Shown here in pieces: positions 1 through 12,768 of a stretch of 64,000 nt of DNA (position 1 is the stretch's first letter; each line of letters begins with the position of its first letter). This stretch comes from Carpediemonas membranifera BICM (Eukaryota > Protista > Fornicata), in contig JAHDYR010000053.1 in assembly GCA_019828565.1 (NCBI GenBank), forward strand, positions 780,272 to 844,271. Direction: 5' to 3'. Position numbers and translations under genes: made by a program. The notes beneath the pieces were generated by a model. The model ran no database searches. It was not told the DNA's origin and was given only the letters and a program-made list of their open reading frames with translations.

Positions 1-750
1 TTACTTATGCCGCGCCCATACACGGAATGAGTCCTTTTGCAGTTTACCCGGAATCCCTCGGCCATTTCTCAGAAATCCTTGCTGGTTTTGTTCATCCACG
101 AAACATCAGCTTCGCTCTCCCTGCCCCAGCTCGTCGGAATCGTCCCTGCCCCCGGCGCAGGCTACTTTGGTAGCGGCCCGGCCGACGGAAGCTCCATGCC
201 AAATCAGGAACCACCTGACGCTGATCAGCTTCGCCCTGCCAGGGCTGACGGGGCCCATGGAGGAGAGGACCATCACCACGTCCTGCTCGGGTTCCAGGTG
301 GCCTGCTGCTCGGCCGGGCTCGCCTTCATGCTGTGGGCAAAGGGTTTGTAAAGTGCAGCTTGTTGATCTATCTGGCGCGAGGATGAAACCCCACCTGTCA
401 GCCTTTGTCAAGGTTGCCTGTTACAGCTGCTGTTTGCCCTTGTATTTGGAGGCGTAGGCTGTCGAATTCAGAAGCAACCAGACCATGAAGGTGGAATGAC
501 ACTGGAGCGTTTAATATCCTGAAATATGACACATGGCCAATCCTTTTGAGGGTTTCCAGGTAAAGCAGCACAGCGAAACAAGAGTAAAGAATGAAATATT
601 TCCATGGAGGATAATTAAATATGGCCGTTCTGTTATTAGATGGAAAGAAACGCATCCAGTAAGAATGCTTATGGCAGCAGTTAAGCAAATAGAAACGCAT
701 GATTGGCGGAATTCTCATTGGTTTAAACGATTGTGATAAGAGGTCAAAAG

Positions 751-829
751 TGGTGCGACGGCCGAGACTCGAACTCGGGTCTCGAGAGCCACAATCGTGT
801 CCCACCACCGCCCTGGAGCTACCATCGCC
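751..829 (-). tRNA. tRNA-His(GTG)-like sequence, chimeric/degenerate 5' half
   Basis: Minus strand reads G-GCGATGG TA GCTCCAGGGCGGTGGTGGGA CACGA TTGTGGC TCTCG AGAC CCGAG TTCGAGT CTCGG CCGTCGC A CCA CTTTT. Good acceptor stem, G-1, perfect T arm, GTG anticodon (790-792) and a T4 terminator. D arm and anticodon stem (CACGA/TCTCG) pair poorly. Confidence 0.8.
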
Positions 830-3800
830 GTTTTAGCCAGGTCAGGCACCTCCTTTCCGCGCTGCGTCCAGAGACGTTCGCGCCTGTATTCCCGCGCCTG
901 TGTCGACTTAGATGTGTCACCTGTGGGCATCCCTTGTTCGGCTCCTCCGGCTGCTCCCGCAGCCTCGTCGCCAGCCCCCTCGGCCTCTCCACACGCGAGA
1001 TGAGATTCCAGCACAAATTATTCCCGCAGCCAGTCCTGCGCTGTGGCCCGCTCGAACTGCGTGACGTAATCCGAGTAGATCTGGACGTTGCCGTTCCAGA
1101 TGCAGCGCATCACTTCCTGCTCCAGGAAGCGGCCGGCCCCCACACTCAGGCCGACCATCTTACACAATCTCACACACCAGGACTCGCCCTGGTCATCACT
1201 GCACGCTTCGCCAGTGATCTCGCAGGCGGCCGTCAGTAGCTCGGCTGACCAGTTGTGGTACTGCGCGGACTTGTCTGACTCGGCGTTGGCCTGATCCTTC
1301 GAGATCACCACGTCGATGATGATGGGCTCGTTGGCGACCCTGCCCGTGGGAGAGCGACGCAGCGGGACATAGACGTCGGCGCGAGCGTTACTCTGGTAGG
1401 CTGGGTCGGCCGAGTAGCCGCGGGTGCGACTGTTCAAGGCGAACTCCTTGCGGGCAAGCACGTCGTTACTCCACAGGAAGGAGCGCACGCAGTCACGAAC
1501 TAGGTCATGACGCATGGTCCTGGCACCCTCCAGGAGCTTAGGACAGGACAACGTGTGCTGCCACGACACATTCGAGTTACCGCAGAGCGGGCAGCGGACG
1601 GTTGAGTCCGTCTCGAACGGTGGTGCGCCGAGGTGTGACCTCACCATGGTGGTGAAAAGGTCGCCACGGATCGGCGTCGCATAGGAGAGGGGGACAGGGC
1701 GGCTTCGGCCGCGAGAATCGGGGTCACCGGGGTCGACTCCACGATCGGGGCGACGGCTGCTGCATGGGCGCGAGAGATTTTTTGTTAGGGTGCGCTGAAG
1801 GCCAGTCACGGGCTTGCCGTAGAGCTGGTCCATCCCACGAGGCCAGTCGATGGAGGTGTCGTTGGCGGCGAAGGTTGATTCGTCGGGGGTTCTGTCCCAG
1901 CCCACATCGTGCAGTTGGGCGGTTGCGGCTAGGTAAGCTGCGTCCCAGGTCATGCTCGGGGTGGGCAGGCGGAGGCCGTTATCGGAGAAATCGAGGCCGA
2001 GCCGGAGTGAGTTGTACTTCTCAGGGTCTAGGAGAAGAATTCTCGCAATCGCCGGCGTCAGGACGTTGGACTCGAAGTTTCGTATGGTCTCACGGTGTTG
2101 GGCTGGATCGATAGATCTCATCAAAAATGAAAGCTTCGGCAGAATACACGAACGGATAAGATTCAGAGCAACGGACGTCCCATCCGTTCCAATGTCTTCA
2201 ACCATCGACACCACACTAAGCAACATCTGTTTCTGCTCGTCTAGCTTCGTCATGAGCTGCATCCGTTCCGCTTCGATGCCGCCAATGGGAATTCCCACGA
2301 TTACTCCAGTTGGCGAGCACGTAACGCGAACAGTACGTGCATTCTGCGGCGCGGATGCACAAATCCACTGGCATTTAGCCGGTTTCATTGTTACGCCAAT
2401 TTGTCGGAAAGCTTCACAAGCTCCATCGAAAAAGCCCTGGATGGCGCCGCTAGTCGTCCCCGGGGGGCAATCCATGTGACGTCGTCCTGGTAGGCAACCC
2501 ACTCGCCGCCCCATTTCGTCTTCAGCGTGTCGATGATTGGCCGCATGGCCAGCGTGAACAGAATGGGGGACAGTGGGTCTCCTTGAGCGATGCCCTCTAG
2601 GGACTCGACGACGCGGCCGGACGGCAGAACCAGCCTTCCATTGCCATATACGGCGTCAAAGTACGGGATCGCAACAGGGCAGGCCGCGGCGGCTGTGGAC
2701 CTCAACAATTTGCGGGGCATGGTGCCGTACGCATTGCTGAGATCAACGGCGCAGATGCTTTGGCCACGGGAATACGCTTCTTGCAGGCGCAGACCCATAA
2801 CTTCTGTGCCGCACGACTCACCCCGCCCGTACTGGTCATCGAGGGAGAGGGTCATCCGCGAGGGACGCGGTAACCGCCTTGGCTAGTAGCTTGGCTGCTA
2901 CTCGACGAAGGGCCTCTCCCATGGCGATGGGCCGGACCTCGTCGGGTTTGCCAGGCTTGGGCAGTGGGACGAGGCGGGAGTGGGCCAGAACGTTTGTGTA
3001 CGGGACGCCTTCGGCCACATCGACAAGTAGTGGCTTCAGGGCAAGGGCGAAGGCTTCTGGCTTGTGTCTAGCGGCGAGCTTCAAGTGGAGGAAGCTCATG
3101 CCCGACGGACCGGGAGCCGAGTCGGCCGGAAGACTGCTCAGGACATCGATGATGTCCCGAGTTTCGAACTCTACCGAGGTGAGCGGGGCGAGGGGATGGC
3201 GGATTGGGAGGTCATCAAGACTGCCTTGGAAGGGGTCAGCTTGCATCCGAACCATCTTCTCCTCTGCTTCGGCTGGGGTCATCTGCAGTTCTTCCGAGAC
3301 CAGGGCACTCATGGACTTGCTGTAGTACCCTCGTCTGGCGTGCTGGTAGGCGAGTCGGCTTCTCGACGTGCTTCCCACCTGATTATGGCGGGTCCTCCGG
3401 GGGCGAAGTGCTGTTTGTGGGTGCAGCATCACGTCGATGAGACGATCGCGCTTGTCCTCATCTCTGGCTGCCGCGCAGGCGGTGACCTTTCCGATGAGGG
3501 CACGGACATAACCCTTGGTTCCCCTCCGCGTCGGTCGGCTGCGGCCGATGCGAGCCACGTCAGCGGGGTCTGGAAGGAACCCAAGAGGTCTTGTAGGCGC
3601 TCGGGTCTGCCTATTGTTGGTGGCCTGTGTTGCAGGGTGCGCCAATATAGCAGGGAGCGGCAGCCCCAGAGCGATGTGCGCTGCGGCCGCAACACGGCGT
3701 GAGCCATGTTTGGCCACAATCCCGTTCGACGGGAACCGGCGCGAGAAGTGGGGGGGCAGGGTTAGGCCGCCTGCGGCACGCAGGAGACACGTCTCAATCT

Positions 3801-4811
3801 CGATGGCTTGCGCCTTCGTGAGGTGCCTCCTGCGCTCCGTCCCCATGGCTCGCTCGAGCGCGGGGGGCGAGAGAAGCGTCTGGCGGACTGTGTCGGCATC
3901 ACGCCAGAGCTCTTCCCGCAGGTCCGGGTGGATGGCGTCCCGTAGGTCACGAGCGAAGGCTGCGATAGCCTGGTTCACTCGGACCGTTGGTACGTCCATC
4001 CCCCGGTGGTTGGTGTCAGCCACGCTTTGGCCGCCAGGCATGGGAGCGGGTGCCCCGTTATGTCTAGGCTGGACATTCGTGGGCCGACTGGTCTCCCTCG
4101 CTGTCGTTAGGTCTAGGCACGATGCCTGTCTCCTGTGACTGGGCGGGGGTGGGTGGTCCTGAGCCGAGAGGTGGACTTATCGGGGGTATAAGCTCCGCGA
4201 TCATCATCTCCTCCCTCTCGATTTGCGTTCTTGATGTTTGGTGGGCTGACGCAACGGGTCCGTTGTCAATCTCATCGATGGTGGAGAGCCGTGGGCATCC
4301 CGCCGCCCGTAGTTGCTCTAGTAGAGCCCTGCGGCGGCCTAGGGATAGCGTATGGTCACGGCCCTCTGTGTCTATACGGATTCGCGAGTCCATTCGGTGC
4401 ATCAGGAATTGGACGGGATGCGGCGGTAGGTTCCTGATCAACTGGATTGAGCTTAGTACTTGGTGTAATCTCTGCTTGAAGTCTCGGTTTGAGGGCCTCT
4501 GGATCACTGGGAAGAGCGGACTCACAGTGGCAATGAGTTCTTCGGAGACTCTCTTGGTGAAGCGCTCGGGACGTCCTCTATCTTGAATGAACAGCTTTTT
4601 CACAAGCTCTACATCGTTAAAGAGGCGGCGGACTTTCTGGTACGAGGACCAGTGTTCGGCAAAGAGAGATTTTGGTACATGCTTACCAAACAGAATGCGC
4701 ACGGCGTCGAAGATCTGGGAAACAGGATCTTCGAGCTGGATAGTTCCTTCAGTCCCGCTCAGAAGCCGCTCCACGACTTCTTTGCTGACAAAGACTGAGA
4801 CTACCATCGCC
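830..4811 (-). mobile_element. CRE-like RLE non-LTR retrotransposon, copy 1 (ORF1 4064-4807; RT-ZnF-RLE 1018-4041, broken at homopolymers)
   Basis: RT motifs SAPGPSG, RPIAMGEALRR, DLSNAYG, GIAQGDPLSP, YQDD; CPLCG..H...C zinc knuckle; RHD and RADV..IIDV..K RLE motifs. Unit boundary within the spacer is approximate. Confidence 0.9.
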
Positions 4812-7800
4812 GTTTAATAGGTCGAAAACCTCCTTTCACGCTGCGTCCAGAGACGTTCGCGCCTGTATTCCCGCGCCTGTGTCGACTTAGATGTGTCACC
4901 TGTGGGCATCCCTTGTTCGGCTCCTCCGGCTGCTCCCGCAGCCTCGTCGCCGGCCCCCTCGGCCTCTCCACACGCGAGATGAGATTCCAGCACAAATTAT
5001 TCCCGCAGCCAGTCCTGCGCTGTGGCCCGCTCGAACTGCGTGACGTAATCCGAGTAGATCTGGACGTTGCCGTTCCAGATGCAGCGCATCACTTCCTGCT
5101 CCAGGAAGCGGCCGGCCCCCACACTCAGGCCGACCATCTTACACAATCTCACACACCAGGACTCGCCCTGGTCATCACTGCACGCTTCGCCAGTGATCTC
5201 GCAGGCGGCCGTCAGTAGCTCGGCTGACCAGTTGTGGTACTGCGCGGACTTGTCTGACTCGGCGTTGGCCTGATCCTTCGAGATCACCACGTCGATGATG
5301 ATGGGCTCGTTGGCGACCCTGCCCGTGGGAGAGCGACGCAGCGGGACATAGACGTCGGCGCGAGCGTTACTCTGGTAGGCTGGGTCGGCCGAGTAGCCGC
5401 GGGTGCGACTGTTCAAGGCGAACTCCTTGCGGGCAAGCACGTCGTTACTCCACAGGAAGGAGCGCACGCAGTCACGAACTAGGTCATGACGCATGGTCCT
5501 GGCACCCTCCAGGAGCTTAGGACAGGACAACGTGTGCTGCCACGACACATTCGAGTTACCGCAGAGCGGGCAGCGGACGGTTGAGTCCGTCTCGAACGGT
5601 GGTGCGCCGAGGTGTGACCTCACCATGGTGGTGAAAAGGTCGCCACGGATCGGCGTCGCATAGGAGAGGGGGACAGGGCGGCTTCGGCCGCGAGAATCGG
5701 GGTCACCGGGGTCGACTCCACGATCGGGGCGACGGCTGCTGCATGGGCGCGAGAGATTTTTGTTAGGGTGCGCTGAAGGCCAGTCACGGGCTTGCCGTAG
5801 AGCTGGTCCATCCCACGAGGCCAGTCGATGGAGGTGTCGTTGGCGGCGAAGGTTGATTCGTCGGGGGTTCTGTCCCAGCCCACATCGTGCAGTTGGGCGG
5901 TTGCGGCTAGGTAAGCTGCGTCCCAGGTCATGCTCGGGGTGGGCAGGCGGAGGCCGTTATCGGAGAAATCGAGGCCGAGCCGGAGTGAGTTGTACTTCTC
6001 AGGGTCTAGGAGAAGAATTCTCGCAATCGCCGGCGTCAGGACGTTGGACTCGAAGTTTCGTATGGTCTCACGGTGTTGGGCTGGATCGACAGATCTCATC
6101 AAAAATGAAAGCTTCGGCAGAATACACGAACGGATAAGATTCAGAGCAACGGACGTCCCATCCGTTCCAATGTCTTCAACCATCGACACCACACTAAGCA
6201 ACATCTGTTTCTGCTCGTCTAGCTTCGTCATGAGCTGCATCCGTTCCGCTTCGATGCCGCCAATGGGAATTCCCACGATTACTCCAGTTGGCGAGCACGT
6301 AACGCGAACAGTACGTGCATTCTGCGGCGCGGATGCACAAATCCACTGGCATTTAGCCGGTTTCATTGTTACGCCAATTTGTCGGAAAGCTTCACAAGCT
6401 CCATCGAAAAAGCCCTGGATGGCGCCGCTAGTCGTCCCCGGGGGGGCAATCCATGTGACGTCGTCCTGGTAGGCAACCCACTCGCCGCCCCATTTCGTCT
6501 TCAGCGTGTCGATGATTGGCCGCATGGCCAGCGTGAACAGAATGGGGGACAGTGGGTCTCCTTGAGCGATGCCCTCTAGGGACTCGACGACGCGGCCGGA
6601 CGGCAGAACCAGCCTTCCATTGCCATATACGGCGTCAAAGTACGGGATCGCAACAGGGCAGGCCGCGGCGGCTGTGGACCTCAACAATTTGCGGGGCATG
6701 GTGCCGTACGCATTGCTGAGATCAACGGCGCAGATGCTTTGGCCACGGGAATACGCTTCTTGCAGGCGCAGACCCATAACTTCTGTGCCGCACGACTCAC
6801 CCCGCCCGTACTGGTCATCGAGGAGAGGGTCATCCGCGAGGGACGCGGTAACCGCCTTGGCTAGTAGCTTGGCTGCTACTCGACGAAGGGCCTCTCCCAT
6901 GGCGATGGGCCGGACCTCGTCGGGTTTGCCAGGCTTGGGCAGTGGGACGAGGCGGGAGTGGGCCAGAACGTTTGTGTACGGGACGCCTTCGGCCACATCG
7001 ACAAGTAGTGGCTTCAGGGCAAGGGCGAAGGCTTCTGGCTTGTGTCTAGCGGCGAGCTTCAAGTGGAGGAAGCTCATGCCCGACGGACCGGGAGCCGAGT
7101 CGGCCGGAAGACTGCTCAGGACATCGATGATGTCCCGAGTTTCGAACTCTACCGAGGTGAGCGGGGCGAGGGGATGGCGGATTGGGAGGTCATCAAGACT
7201 GCCTTGGAAGGGGTCAGCTTGCATCCGAACCATCTTCTCCTCTGCTTCGGCTGGGGTCATCTGCAGTTCTTCCGAGACCAGGGCACTCATGGACTTGCTG
7301 TAGTACCCTCGTCTGGCGTGCTGGTAGGCGAGTCGGCTTCTCGACGTGCTTCCCACCTGATTATGGCGGGTCCTCCGGGGGCGAAGTGCTGTTTGTGGGT
7401 GCAGCATCACGTCGATGAGACGATCGCGCTTGTCCTCATCTCTGGCTGCCGCGCAGGCGGTGACCTTTCCGATGAGGGCACGGACATAACCCTTGGTTCC
7501 CCTCCGCGTCGGTCGGCTGCGGCCGATGCGAGCCACGTCGGCGGGGTCTGGAAGGAACCCAAGAGGTCTTGTAGGCGCTCGGGTCTGCCTATTGTTGGTG
7601 GCCTGTGTTGCAGGGTGCGCCAATATAGCAGGGAGCGGCAGCCCCAGAGCGATGTGCGCTGCGGCCGCAACACGGCGTGAGCCATGTTTGGCCACAATCC
7701 CGTTCGACGGGAACCGGCGCGAGAAGTGGGGGGGCAGGGTTAGGCCGCCTGCGGCACGCAGGAGACACGTCTCAATCTCGATGGCTTGCGCCTTCGTGAG

Positions 7801-8790
7801 GTGCCTCCTGCGCTCCGTCCCCATGGCTCGCTCGAGCGCGGGGGGCGAGAGAAGCGTCTGGCGGACTGTGTCGGCATCACGCCAGAGCTCTTCCCGCAGG
7901 TCCGGGTGGATGGCGTCCCGTAGGTCACGAGCGAAGGCTGCGATAGCCTGGTTCACTCGGACCGTTGGTACGTCCATCCCCCGGTGGTTGGTGTCAGCCA
8001 CGCTTTGGCCGCCAGGCATGGGAGCGGGTGCCCCGTTATGTCTAGGCTGGACATTCGTGGGCCGACTGGTCTCCCTCGCTGTCGTTAGGTCTAGGCACGA
8101 TGCCTGTCTCCTGTGACTGGGCGGGGGTGGGTGGTCCTGAGCCGAGAGGTGGACTTATCGGGGGTATAAGCTCCGCGATCATCATCTCCTCCCTCTCGAT
8201 TTGCGTTCCTGATGTTTGGTGGGCTGACGCAACGGGTCCGTTGTCAATCTCATCGATGGTGGAGAGCCGTGGGCATCCCGCCGCCCGTAGTTGCTCTAGT
8301 AGAGCCCTGCGGCGGCCTAGGGATAGCGTATGGTCACGGCCCTCTGTGTCTATACGGATTCGCGAGTCCATTCGGTGCATCAGGAATTGGACGGGATGCG
8401 GCGGTAGGTTCCTGATCAACTGGATTGAGCTTAGTACTTGGTGTAATCTCTGCTTGAAGTCTCGGTTTGAGGGCCTCTGGATCACTGGGAAGAGCGGACT
8501 CACAGTGGCAATGAGTTCTTCGGAGACTCTCTTGGTGAAGCGCTCGGGACGTCCTCTATCTTGAATGAACAGCTTTTTCACAAGCTCTACATCGTTAAAG
8601 AGGCGGCGGACTTTCTGGTACGAGGACCAGTGTTCGGCAAAGAGAGATTTTTGGTACATGCTTACCAAACAGAATGCGCACGGCGTCGAAGATCTGGGAA
8701 ACAGGATCTTCGAGCTGGATAGTTCCTTCAGTCCCGCTCAGAAGCCGCTCCACGACTTCTTTGCTGACAAAGACTGAGACTACCATCGCC
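4812..8790 (-). mobile_element. CRE-like non-LTR retrotransposon, copy 2 (799-aa RT ORF 5620-8019, RLE 4997-5626)
   Basis: Same motifs; longest uninterrupted RT frame. Confidence 0.92.
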
Positions 8791-11700
8791 GTTTAATAGG
8801 TCGAAAACCTCCTTTCACGCTGCGTCCAGAGACGTTCGCGCCTGTATTCCCGCGCCTGTGTCGACTTAGATGTGTCACCTGTGGGCATCCCTTGTTCGGC
8901 TCCTCCGGCTGCTCCCGCAGCCTCGTCGCCGGCCCCCTCGGCCTTTCCACACGCGAGATGAGATTCCAGCACAAATTATTCCCGCAGCCAGTCCTGCGCT
9001 GTGGCCCGCTCGAACTGCGTGACGTAATCCGAGTAGATCTGGACGTTGCCGTTCCAGATGCAGCGCATCACTTCCTGCTCCAGGAAGCGGCCGGCCCCCA
9101 CACTCAGGCCGACCATCTTACACAATCTCACACACCAGGACTCGCCCTGGTCATCACTGCACGCTTCGCCAGTGATCTCGCAGGCGGCCGTCAGTAGCTC
9201 GGCTGACCAGTTGTGGTACTGCGCGGACTTGTCTGACTCGGCGTTGGCCTGATCCTTCGAGATCACCACGTCGATGATGATGGGCTCGTTGGCGACCCTG
9301 CCCGTGGGAGAGCGACGCAGCGGGACATAGACGTCGGCGCGAGCGTTACTCTGGTAGGCTGGGTCGGCCGAGTAGCCGCGGGTGCGACTGTTCAAGGCGA
9401 ACTCCTTGCGGGCAAGCACGTCGTTACTCCACAGGAAGGAGCGCACGCAGTCACGAACTAGGTCATGACGCATGGTCCTGGCACCCTCCAGGAGCTTAGG
9501 ACAGGACAACGTGTGCTGCCACGACACATTCGAGTTACCGCAGAGCGGGCAGCGGACGGTTGAGTCCGTCTCGAACGGTGGTGCGCCGAGGTGTGACCTC
9601 ACCATGGTGGTGAAAAAGGTCGCCACGGATCGGCGTCGCATAGGAGAGGGGGACAGGGCGGCTTCGGCCGCGAGAATCGGGGTCACCGGGGTCGACTCCA
9701 CGATCGGGGCGACGGCTGCTGCATGGGCGCGAGAGATTTTTGTTAGGGTGCGCTGAAGGCCAGTCACGGGCTTGCCGTAGAGCTGGTCCATCCCACGAGG
9801 CCAGTCGATGGAGGTGTCGTTGGCGGCGAAGGTTGATTCGTCGGGGTTCTGTCCCAGCCCACATCGTGCAGTTGGGCGGTTGCGGCTAGGTAAGCTGCGT
9901 CCCAGGTCATGCTCGGGGTGGGCAGGCGGAGGCCGTTATCGGAGAAATCGAGGCCGAGCCGGAGTGAGTTGTACTTCTCAGGGTCTAGGAGAAGAATTCT
10001 CGCAATCGCCGGCGTCAGGACGTTGGACTCGAAGTTTCGTATGGTCTCACGGTGTTGGGCTGGATCGACAGATCTCATCAAAAATGAAAGCTTCGGCAGA
10101 ATACACGAACGGATAAGATTCAGAGCAACGGACGTCCCATCCGTTCCAATGTCTTCAACCATCGACACCACACTAAGCAACATCTGTTTCTGCTCGTCTA
10201 GCTTCGTCATGAGCTGCATCCGTTCCGCTTCGATGCCGCCAATGGGAATTCCCACGATTACTCCAGTTGGCGAGCACGTAACGCGAACAGTACGTGCATT
10301 CTGCGGCGCGGATGCACAAATCCACTGGCATTTAGCCGGTTTCATTGTTACGCCAATTTGTCGGAAAGCTTCACAAGCTCCATCGAAAAAGCCCTGGATG
10401 GCGCCGCTAGTCGTCCCCGGGGGGCAATCCATGTGACGTCGTCCTGGTAGGCAACCCACTCGCCGCCCCATTTCGTCTTCAGCGTGTCGATGATTGGCCG
10501 CATGGCCAGCGTGAACAGAATGGGGGACAGTGGGTCTCCTTGAGCGATGCCCTCTAGGGACTCGACGACGCGGCCGGACGGCAGAACCAGCCTTCCATTG
10601 CCATATACGGCGTCAAAGTACGGGATCGCAACAGGGCAGGCCGCGGCGGCTGTGGACCTCAACAATTTGCGGGGCATGGTGCCGTACGCATTGCTGAGAT
10701 CAACGGCGCAGATGCTTTGGCCACGGGAATACGCTTCTTGCAGGCGCAGACCCATAACTTCTGTGCCGCACGACTCACCCCGCCCGTACTGGTCATCGAG
10801 GAGAGGGTCATCCGCGAGGGACGCGGTAACCGCCTTGGCTAGTAGCTTGGCTGCTACTCGACGAAGGGCCTCTCCCATGGCGATGGGCCGGACCTCGTCG
10901 GGTTTGCCAGGCTTGGGCAGTGGGACGAGGCGGGAGTGGGCCAGAACGTTTGTGTACGGGACGCCTTCGGCCACATCGACAAGTAGTGGCTTCAGGGCAA
11001 GGGCGAAGGCTTCTGGCTTGTGTCTAGCGGCGAGCTTCAAGTGGAGGAAGCTCATGCCCGACGGACCGGGGAGCCGAGTCGGCCGGAAGACTGCTCAGGA
11101 CATCGATGATGTCCCGAGTTTCGAACTCTACCGAGGTGAGCGGGGCGAGGGGATGGCGGATTGGGAGGTCATCAAGACTGCCTTGGAAGGGGTCAGCTTG
11201 CATCCGAACCATCTTCTCCTCTGCTTCGGCTGGGGTCATCTGCAGTTCTTCCGAGACCAGGGCACTCATGGACTTGCTGTAGTACCCTCGTCTGGCGTGC
11301 TGGTAGGCGAGTCGGCTTCTCGACGTGCTTCCCACCTGATTATGGCGGGTCCTCCGGGGGCGAAGTGCTGTTTGTGGGTGCAGCATCACGTCGATGAGAC
11401 GATCGCGCTTGTCCTCATCTCTGGCTGCCGCGCAGGCGGTGACCTTTCCGATGAGGGCACGGACATAACCCTTGGTTCCCCTCCGCGTCGGTCGGCTGCG
11501 GCCGATGCGAGCCACGTCGGCGGGGTCTGGAAGGAACCCAAGAGGTCTTGTAGGCGCTCGGGTCTGCCTATTGTTGGTGGCCTGTGTTGCAGGGTGCGCC
11601 AATATAGCAGGGAGCGGCAGCCCCAGAGCGATGTGCGCTGCGGCCGCAACACGGCGTGAGCCATGTTTGGCCACAATCCCGTTCGACGGGAACCGGCGCG

Positions 11701-12768
11701 AGAAGTGGGGGGGCAGGGTTAGGCCGCCTGCGGCACGCAGGAGACACGTCTCAATCTCGATGGCTTGCGCCTTCGTGAGGTGCCTCCTGCGCTCCGTCCC
11801 CATGGCTCGCTCGAGCGCGGGGGGCGAGAGAAGCGTCTGGCGGACTGTGTCGGCATCACGCCAGAGCTCTTCCCGCAGGTCCGGGTGGATGGCGTCCCGT
11901 AGGTCACGAGCGAAGGCTGCGATAGCCTGGTTCACTCGGACCGTTGGTACGTCCATCCCCCGGTGGTTGGTGTCAGCCACGCTTTGGCCGCCAGGCATGG
12001 GAGCGGGTGCCCCGTTATGTCTAGGCTGGACATTCGTGGGCCGACTGGTCTCCCTCGCTGTCGTTAGGTCTAGGCACGATGCCTGTCTCCTGTGACTGGG
12101 CGGGGGTGGGTGGTCCTGAGCCGAGAGGTGGACTTATCGGGGGTATAAGCTCCGCGATCATCATCTCCTCCCTCTCGATTTGCGTTCCTGATGTTTGGTG
12201 GGCTGACGCAACGGGTCCGTTGTCAATCTCATCGATGGTGGAGAGCCGTGGGCATCCCGCCGCCCGTAGTTGCTCTAGTAGAGCCCTGCGGCGGCCTAGG
12301 GATAGCGTATGGTCACGGCCCTCTGTGTCTATACGGATTCGCGAGTCCATTCGGTGCATCAGGAATTGGACGGGATGCGGCGGTAGGTTCCTGATCAACT
12401 GGATTGAGCTTAGTACTTGGTGTAATCTCTGCTTGAAGTCTCGGTTTGAGGGCCTCTGGATCACTGGGAAGAGCGGACTCACAGTGGCAATGAGTTCTTC
12501 GGAGACTCTCTTGGTGAAGCGCTCGGGACGTCCTCTATCTTGAATGAACAGCTTTTTCACAAGCTCTACATCGTTAAAGAGGCGGCGGACTTTCTGGTAC
12601 GAGGACCAGTGTTCGGCAAAGAGAGATTTTGGTACATGCTTACCAAACAGAATGCGCACGGCGTCGAAGATCTGGGAAACAGGATCTTCGAGCTGGATAG
12701 TTCCTTCAGTCCCGCTCAGAAGCCGCTCCACGACTTCTTTGCTGACAAAGACTGAGACTACCATCGCC
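8791..12768 (-). mobile_element. CRE-like non-LTR retrotransposon, copy 3
   Basis: Near-identical to copies 1-2; differences mostly homopolymer length. Confidence 0.92.

Noticed and set aside
1-745. Short ORFs left of the tRNA
   Set aside because: No recognisable motifs or consistent coding frame.
4812-4996. Spacer as RNase P, SRP RNA, HDV-like or hammerhead ribozyme
   Set aside because: Only fragments (GGAAAGGCCGAG, GGAGCAG, GGCTAA) resemble consensus; I could not build the required pairings.
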